Assembly (NCBI GenBank): GCA_963754945.1
Contig: CAVWIG010000012.1
Span: 1 to 13,389, forward strand
From: Methanotrichaceae archaeon
GTDB lineage: Archaea; Halobacteriota; Methanosarcinia; Methanotrichales; Methanotrichaceae
Direction of reading: 5' to 3'
DNA: 13,389 nucleotides
Shown: positions 7,676 to 13,389 of the stretch, one piece after another
Position numbering within the stretch: the stretch's first letter is position 1
Layout: every line of letters begins with the position of its first letter
Notes under the pieces: generated by a model
Databases searched by the model: none
What the model was told of the DNA's origin: nothing
Seen by the model: the letters and a program-made list of their open reading frames with translations, nothing else
Program-made: the position numbers and the translations under genes

Positions 7676-8263
7676 ATGAAACCAACTTATTTATTTCATA
7701 AAGAACCAAAGAAACCCAAGGAGGAATTGGGCATCAAAGCCATCGCTCTTATGATCGTCTTCCTGTTGGCTGGGTCGACCCTAGCCTTTGCTGAGGTGGA
7801 CGAAAAATCCCCGGCTGGAGAGAGGAATACGGCGGACAGCTCCGTTTCCACGAACGGTGCTTCTCTGGTTGACATGAACACAGGTTCATATGGTTCAGGT
7901 TCGAATACTGCAGACTCATATGCATCATCTGAAGACGGTTTGTTCACCAGAGGATGCGGCAATAACAAGATCTGGATATTGGATCCCGCATGCTTCAAGC
8001 GAGGTCTCGACATCAGCCAGCCTTTCGGCCAGCGGTCCGTTCTAGAGCTGGCCCCTGACACCAGCGGTTATGCTATGCTCTTTCATAGGCTTCCCTCCGG
8101 AGACCTGCAGACCGAATATCTGGGATATGTCCACTCTGGCCACAGATACAGGCTGTCACTGTGCGCAGATTCCATAGGAACCCATGAGATGTGGTACAGA
8201 GTCGGCTGGCAGGAGAGCAATCGCGTCACGCTGGATGTTTGGCAAGGCCAGCAGCCCTATTAG
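7676..8263 (+). CDS. Secreted hypothetical protein with Ser-rich linker and C-terminal beta-rich domain
   Basis: Signal-peptide-like IKAIALMIVFLLAGSTLAFA; the start is probably TTG 7727 after AAGGAGGA. The C-terminal domain NNKIWI...ADSIGTH...SNRVTLDV resembles a domain in the next gene. Confidence 0.75.
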   Translation: MKPTYLFHKEPKKPKEELGIKAIALMIVFLLAGSTLAFAEVDEKSPAGERNTADSSVSTNGASLVDMNTGSYGSGSNTADSYASSEDGLFTRGCGNNKIWILDPACFKRGLDISQPFGQRSVLELAPDTSGYAMLFHRLPSGDLQTEYLGYVHSGHRYRLSLCADSIGTHEMWYRVGWQESNRVTLDVWQGQQPY

Positions 8264-8321
8264 AGCGAATCAGTTGATCCTGGGAAGGGCCCTTTCTGGT
8301 CAAGGGCCAAGGCGCAGCTAG

Positions 8322-8396
8322 TTTTTTCTGTCGAACAAAAATGAGGCCCGCCGAGACGAGAGCTTTTGTGGGTAGGGAGGCTCTACACCCCTTTTT
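8322..8396 (+). terminator. Candidate terminator elements after 7676..8263
   Basis: T6 tract at 8322-8327, and a hairpin GTAGGG-agg-CTCTAC (8372-8386) followed by TTTTT at 8392-8396. Confidence 0.3.
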
Positions 8397-8400
8397 CAAG

Positions 8401-8432
8401 TTCCTGTGATTCCCATCTGAGCTTCACAGGAA
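8401..8432. promoter_or_regulatory. Perfect 9-bp inverted repeat (operator-like) just upstream of a TATA-like box
   Basis: TTCCTGTGA-N14-TCACAGGAA, followed by CTAAATA (8441-8447) and RBS AGGTG before TTG 8491. Confidence 0.45.
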
Positions 8433-8490
8433 ACCCAAATCTAAATACGACGAAGGCTTGCTCGACAAGCGGTATAGAAAGGTGTGATAA

Positions 8491-9717
8491 TTGAGACTAC
8501 GTGATTTGTGCAACATTCTTGTCATCCTGTCCCTTGCTGCTGCCACCGGCTCAGCTCAGATGGGATACTCAATGCAGGACTCCCTCGGTTTGTCGAGCGT
8601 CATCAATAACGTTACAGGCTTGGCCCAGATGGGGTCCTCAATGCAGAACTCCATTGGCTTGCCAGACGACATCAACAGTGGTAGCGGCTTGACTCAGGTT
8701 AGGGATTCGATGCAGAGCTCCATCGGTCTGTCCGGCAATATCAACAACGATACTTCGAGCGGAGACTTTTTAGGCTTCTCTTTCCCCTGGTACAGCTCGG
8801 ACGTCTCTTTCTCCAGCTCCGGGTTCAACGCTTCACATGATCTATCAAGTGCGTTCTCGTTCTTCCGGGGGTTCTATGGAGGTCCAGGGATGCCTGGTAT
8901 GAGCGGGACCATCATAACGCCGATAAAATTCGATATTACTCATAAAGAGCCGGCCAGGATATATTTCGGCAACGGTCATGAGCTGCAGTATTCCAGGTAC
9001 ATATCCACACTGACCTCAAGGAATAACGAGCTGTGGATCCAGGGCTCATCTGCTGGAGGAATAGACTGGTCTCAGTACGTTGTGTGCCCTTCGGGAGCTT
9101 GGCTGCAACTGGTAGCCTACTCTCCGGACGGAGGGCCGGTCGGCTTCTACGAGATAGTGCAGAACGAGGCCAAGACTCTGACATACAAGACGTATCAGTT
9201 CTACCCCGGTTACAACACCATGAACTTCCTCGCGGATCGGGTTGGAAGGCACATTCTGCTCTTCGTTGTGAATAACCAGCCCAGCAATGCTGTAATCGTA
9301 GATGTATTCGCCCAGATTCCTCCTTCCCAGGGGCAGCCCATGCCGGTGGCCGTCCAGACATCACCCTATGACAGCTCGGTTGGGCAGTCCGGTGGACCTG
9401 TCCAGTACCCTTCGTACCCTCAGGTTTCTGGCCCAGAGCCCGCTCAGATCACGGGAGATACTCCGGTGACCATTCAGACCAGCATGAAGGGCTACGACGT
9501 TTACCTTGACGGTGCCTTTGTGGGCAAAGAGGGCACCGGTGGAGACAATCTCGACGGCATCTTCAGGTTCAATGTGGTCGGCGGGCAGACGCACACAATA
9601 GGGGTCTTCGATGGTGCAAATAAATACGAGAAACCGATTTTCTTCGAAAGAGGAGTCCCCAAGACCATCAATGTGCCTCCAGCTACGACGGTCTCCGTCC
9701 AGGGCGGGCTCTACTGA
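8491..9717 (+). CDS. Secreted/cell-surface protein with N-terminal 23-aa repeats, central beta-rich domain, P/Q-rich linker and PEGA-like C-terminal domain
   Basis: Signal peptide (ILVILSLAAATGSA), NNELWIQG...WSQY...ADRVGRHILLF...SNAVIVDV domain, and PEGA-like VTIQTSMKGYDVYLDGAFVG. AGGTG RBS upstream. Confidence 0.82.
   Translation: MRLRDLCNILVILSLAAATGSAQMGYSMQDSLGLSSVINNVTGLAQMGSSMQNSIGLPDDINSGSGLTQVRDSMQSSIGLSGNINNDTSSGDFLGFSFPWYSSDVSFSSSGFNASHDLSSAFSFFRGFYGGPGMPGMSGTIITPIKFDITHKEPARIYFGNGHELQYSRYISTLTSRNNELWIQGSSAGGIDWSQYVVCPSGAWLQLVAYSPDGGPVGFYEIVQNEAKTLTYKTYQFYPGYNTMNFLADRVGRHILLFVVNNQPSNAVIVDVFAQIPPSQGQPMPVAVQTSPYDSSVGQSGGPVQYPSYPQVSGPEPAQITGDTPVTIQTSMKGYDVYLDGAFVGKEGTGGDNLDGIFRFNVVGGQTHTIGVFDGANKYEKPIFFERGVPKTINVPPATTVSVQGGLY
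8548..8754 (+). repeat. Three tandem 69-nt (23-aa) intragenic repeats
   Basis: Units start at 8548, 8617 and 8686: GSAQMGYSMQDSLGLSSVINNVT / GLAQMGSSMQNSIGLPDDINSGS / GLTQVRDSMQSSIGLSGNINNDT. Confidence 0.9.
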
Positions 9718-9989
9718 GCCCGACGACCAATTTTTTGTCTTGGATGAAGGAGCAGTTTACTTACCGTATGTACTTACAACCATATTTTACTTTAACCGTC
9801 AACCGTATTCTTGCAGCATATATTTCTTTGCCAAGAAGCCCAAAACAAGTCAGCTTTCATGCCTTATTGGACTGATGTGGAACGATAATTTGCTTTATCT
9901 CAAGCCGGGCAGGCGCCGTTTTATGCCCAAAACCAATCCCTATGTCGTTTTTATGTATTACTACTCAATCGTCCACTCGTATCTCTTGC

Positions 9990-11351
9990 TTATCTTATCA
10001 ACCTAAAGACCCTATCAGTCAGATCCTCGAAAGGCTTCAAGACCATGCCTGAATGCACTCCCCATCTTCTTCTCATCATTCTTCTCATCATGAACTGAAG
10101 CTGTCCCTTCAGGATGGCGAACCTGATCTTTGCTTCCGAGAAATCCCCTTTGAAGGTCAGAGTGTGGTCCGAGACGAGACTTTCATTCGCCTTCCATTCC
10201 CTTTTCACTTGGCCCTTTACTCGCTCGCAGAGCGCCGTCCCTGGTAATGGATAGGGCATGGTGAACGAGAGGTAATCGACCGGCAGCGAAGTTGCGAACC
10301 TGATGGTGTCTAACAGCGTATCATCGGTCTCGCCGGGATAGCCCAGGATGAAGAACGCCCCGGTCCTTAACCCTGCAGATCCGGCGGCTTCGACAGCTAG
10401 ACGTGCTTTTTTTGTGGTGATCTTCTTGTTCATCAGCCGCAGTATTGAGTCGTTCCCCGATTCGATGCCGAAGAAAATCCTGTCGCACCCTGCCATCTTC
10501 ATGGCCTCTGCAGTTTCGCGGTCGATGGAGTCAACTCTTCCAAGACACTCCCACTTGAAGTTCAGGCCCCTTGATGAGATCTCGTCACAAAGGCGCAACA
10601 TTCTTTCCCTGTTCAGGGTGAAGACGTCATCGGCAAAATGGATCCGGTCGTACCCGAAAGAGAGGGCCTCCTCGACCTCGTCAAGGACGTTCTCCGGTGA
10701 TCTCTCCCGATAAGACATGCCGAACACGGCGTTGCTGCAGAACTCACAGCAGAACGGACACCCTCTTGTGGTCATAACCGTTGTAATCGCGTATCCGAAC
10801 CTTTTCTTCCAGTGATCTATGTAGGCTTGATTTGGAAACAGGTCCCTGGCAGGAAAGGCGATCCGGTCTAAGTCCGGCTCAAGTTCACGTTTTGGAGTAA
10901 AGCGATCTCGGCCATCCTTGCGGTATGCTATGCCTTTTATGGACCCCAGGTCCGAACCATCCTCGTGGGCACGGAGGATCTCGCAGATGGTCTTCTCCCC
11001 TTCGCCAACCACCGCCACGTCGAAGTCGCCCAGGAAGGATACCGGATCGCAAGAGGGCAGAGGCCCTCCTGCGATGAGAAGGTCGCAGCTATCTCTGAGG
11101 TGTCTTGCAAACATGAGGCTCTGCTCACGCATGGTCACCATGCTGTAGATTCCCACAGCGTCTGCCTTCGCATTGGTTGCCATCTTCAGGGCTTCGTCTT
11201 TATTCAGAAAAGTACAGTCCAGCAGCTCAACATCGTATCCGCATTTCCTCAAACTGGACGCCAGGTAGCCCAAGCCCAGAGGCGGGAAGCGAAAGATTGA
11301 CTTATCATGCCGGGATTTGAAAAAAGGATAGATCAGGAGGACGGATGTCAT
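9990..11351 (-). CDS. Cobalamin-binding radical SAM protein (class B, BchE/P-methylase-like)
   Basis: N-terminal B12-binding domain (PPLGLGYLAS, IAGGP, VVGEGE, PARDL), CxxxCxxC TRGCPFCCEFC, and FADDVF, FGIESG, FILGYPGET and PLPGT. Confidence 0.94.
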   Translation of the reverse strand: MTSVLLIYPFFKSRHDKSIFRFPPLGLGYLASSLRKCGYDVELLDCTFLNKDEALKMATNAKADAVGIYSMVTMREQSLMFARHLRDSCDLLIAGGPLPSCDPVSFLGDFDVAVVGEGEKTICEILRAHEDGSDLGSIKGIAYRKDGRDRFTPKRELEPDLDRIAFPARDLFPNQAYIDHWKKRFGYAITTVMTTRGCPFCCEFCSNAVFGMSYRERSPENVLDEVEEALSFGYDRIHFADDVFTLNRERMLRLCDEISSRGLNFKWECLGRVDSIDRETAEAMKMAGCDRIFFGIESGNDSILRLMNKKITTKKARLAVEAAGSAGLRTGAFFILGYPGETDDTLLDTIRFATSLPVDYLSFTMPYPLPGTALCERVKGQVKREWKANESLVSDHTLTFKGDFSEAKIRFAILKGQLQFMMRRMMRRRWGVHSGMVLKPFEDLTDRVFRLIR

Positions 11352-12175
11352 GTCCTGCCCAACCGTATGGTGTAGGAGAAGCGCTTCGTCCCTGGAGTTA
11401 CAACATAGGCCATGCCTGCCCAGGCCAGGCGATCAGATAAGAGCTCCCTCCCGCGCATCATTCTAGCGCCTTCGACCCTGGTGAGGGCGAAATAAAGCCC
11501 GTTCTTAGAATCGATAAAAGATGCCTCGTCAGAGAAGACCTCATCCCAGCTTCCTATGGCATCCTTCTCCAAGGACAATTGGCCCGAGTCCTTGTAGGAA
11601 TCGAAGTGATTCGCTCCCTGCTCGTTCATTATCACCAGCTCATGGCCCTCGGGCATCCCTCGAAGGTCCAGGCTGACCCGAACGCTATCGTCCATAATGC
11701 TGTAAACCGTCTTCACAGACCCGACCGTTGGAACCTCCACGAAGGCATCTTTCATGGACATAGCCCTCCGGGACAACTCAGCCCCGTACAAGATCCCTTT
11801 CCTTAACTCCGGATGCCTACGGTATTGAGATGCCAGCCATTCCCGGGCTCTGTAGAAAGTCTTGCAGTCTATGTGCCTGCCTCCGACGGCCAGCCTCCCC
11901 ACCAGGTTCATGAAGTATTCAGCCTCAACTGTAGCGCCGTCTCCTTTTAATTCCGTCTTCCACACGCCTGAACCGGGAAAGACCGCTTCCCGGCCGATCT
12001 TAAGCACAGGCACTCCGAACCCGACTCCCTCTTCTGAAAGGTCCTGACCGTCACAGTGGAGCACAAGCCCTTTTTGTATCCTGGAGGTCGGATAGCAATC
12101 CGGTTGGGAGACTGGGACTGGCGTCACGAGACAAATGCCTGGCAGAGGTCTCAGAGGGATAGGTAGATCAGACAT
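11348..12175 (-). CDS. Hypothetical protein, translationally coupled to the radical SAM gene
   Basis: 275-aa ORF with a 4-nt ATGA overlap with the radical SAM start and an 8-nt overlap with the upstream gene. QKGLVL...EEGVGFGVPV and MNEQGANHF look like conserved motifs. Confidence 0.8.
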   Translation of the reverse strand: MSDLPIPLRPLPGICLVTPVPVSQPDCYPTSRIQKGLVLHCDGQDLSEEGVGFGVPVLKIGREAVFPGSGVWKTELKGDGATVEAEYFMNLVGRLAVGGRHIDCKTFYRAREWLASQYRRHPELRKGILYGAELSRRAMSMKDAFVEVPTVGSVKTVYSIMDDSVRVSLDLRGMPEGHELVIMNEQGANHFDSYKDSGQLSLEKDAIGSWDEVFSDEASFIDSKNGLYFALTRVEGARMMRGRELLSDRLAWAGMAYVVTPGTKRFSYTIRLGRT

Positions 12176-12584
12176 AGATCGACACGAACATGTGGAACCC
12201 CATGACCAGAGACAAAACCCAGAGAGCCAGAGCCAGCCTCATGGCGGTCCTGATCTTGAACCTGGGCCTCAAGTACTTCAGAAATATCAGGTTTATGTAA
12301 ACCCACAAGACGATGATTGCCAGGCCGATTGAGTGGTGAGCCAGCATCTCAGCCTGGAAGAAAGGACCTGGGGTGCCGTGTACGAGGTAACCGTTCATTG
12401 AAGGCAGCATTATTGCCAGAATGGCCAGGATCTGAACTGGTACGGTTATCCTCATGACCTTACAGTGATTGCCGAACTTCTTGTTCTTGGCCAGGTACAC
12501 AGCGCCAATCAGTATTAGGGTCAGCAGAAGCTGAACTCCCAGGTTTATTTCTGCGATTGTCTTGATGTCAAAGGACATGTTCAT
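12168..12584 (-). CDS. DUF420-like four-helix membrane protein
   Basis: Four hydrophobic segments with KKFGNHCKVM (H40), AHHSIG (H83/H84) and MRLALALW, matching the DUF420 / cytochrome b561-like pattern. Confidence 0.78.
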   Translation of the reverse strand: MNMSFDIKTIAEINLGVQLLLTLILIGAVYLAKNKKFGNHCKVMRITVPVQILAILAIMLPSMNGYLVHGTPGPFFQAEMLAHHSIGLAIIVLWVYINLIFLKYLRPRFKIRTAMRLALALWVLSLVMGFHMFVSIYV

Positions 12585-12677
12585 CCAATTTTCAATCTCA
12601 ATCGTTCAGGCCGCCATATTTTCACGCAAGTGAAAGCTTGTCTAGCATGCAATGACATCTGGAGATGGCTGACCCTA

Positions 12678-13250
12678 TTATCCATTGATCTTCTTCATCA
12701 ACCAGGCCATGTTCTGGCCCAAGACCTTCGCTGTCCGCATCCCTTCCAGGTCTTTTTCCACATCTCCTTCTGCCAGGCCCAATCCCAGGTTCCAGTAGCT
12801 TGAACCTGGGATGATCATCTGGCCGATGAGGAAGAAATGATTTATGGAATCGAAAACGTGCACTGCTCCTGCTCGACGGACGGCGACCACCGCGGCCCCC
12901 ACCTTTCGTCTGAACATGTCATTGTTCGCCTTGGCTACAAATCCGGCCCTGTCGATGAGGGCTTTAAGCTCCGGAGTGAGATCGGCGAAGTAAGTAGGTG
13001 AGCCGAGTATGATCCCGTCTGCCTTGGTCATCTTCTCTATGCAGTCGTTAACTATGTCCTTGTCCAATGCACAGCGACCATCCTTACTTTCGAAGCACTT
13101 GGAACAAGCAATGCAACCCTGGATAGGCCCTTTCAGATGTACCATCTCCGTCTGTATGCCCTCTGCCTCCAGCTCTTTCAGGACCTGGCGGATGAGCAAG
13201 GCGGTGTTCCCCTCCTTTCGAGGGCTCCCATTAAAGGCTATGACCTTCAT
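12678..13250 (-). CDS. isf: Iron-sulfur flavoprotein (Isf; NADPH-dependent FMN reductase/flavodoxin-like family)
   Basis: FMN-binding GSPRKEGNT, compact Cys motif CIACSKCFESKDGRC (CX2CX2CX7C), GSPTYFAD and LKALIDR. Confidence 0.9.
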   Translation of the reverse strand: MKVIAFNGSPRKEGNTALLIRQVLKELEAEGIQTEMVHLKGPIQGCIACSKCFESKDGRCALDKDIVNDCIEKMTKADGIILGSPTYFADLTPELKALIDRAGFVAKANNDMFRRKVGAAVVAVRRAGAVHVFDSINHFFLIGQMIIPGSSYWNLGLGLAEGDVEKDLEGMRTAKVLGQNMAWLMKKING

Positions 13251-13389
13251 ATTTTCCCCTGTTGCTTCCTTTTATGCCTACGATCTTAAGTTATCTTCCC
13301 TTGAACAAAGGCTAACTGGTCTTCTTGGCTCTGCAAATACTGCGGTAACAGATTTTGTATTTTGGAGTTCATAATGTGCAGCATCGCAC

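Noticed and set aside
8548-8754. Regularly spaced repeats as a CRISPR array or RiPP precursor for the nearby radical SAM
   Set aside because: The repeats are degenerate, in-frame and have no unique spacers. They are part of a secreted multidomain protein on the opposite strand from the radical SAM unit.
9611-10006. 131-aa plus-strand ORF bridging the convergent gap
   Set aside because: It overlaps both flanking genes, has atypical composition and shows no motif.
799-13374. Many antisense or alternate-frame ORFs nested in the kinase, polB2, surface protein, radical SAM and isf genes
   Set aside because: They are shadows of well-supported genes with no independent motifs or RBS.

Overview
Archaeal window, most consistent with a Methanothrix/Methanosaeta-like methanogen (inferred from gene families, not verified). 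The left part (1-~5600, visibly more AT-rich) holds a two-component cluster: a membrane PAS histidine kinase, an Rcp1-type stand-alone receiver, and a receiver fused to a HisKA/DHp helix pair with no ATPase domain. It also holds a convergent COG3432-type winged-helix regulator and a short tnpB-less IS200/IS605 element. The IS tnpA has a +1 G frameshift that hides its catalytic Tyr and a C-terminal PCNA-binding (PIP)-like motif. The right part (more GC-rich) holds an archaeal PolB2-type DNA polymerase split by two -1 frameshifts and two secreted proteins that share an unnamed beta-rich domain, one with a 3x23-aa repeat and a PEGA-like tail. On the minus strand are an iron-sulfur flavoprotein and an overlapping three-gene unit: DUF420-like membrane protein, unknown protein, and B12-dependent radical SAM enzyme. 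No rRNA, tRNA or CRISPR array was seen.
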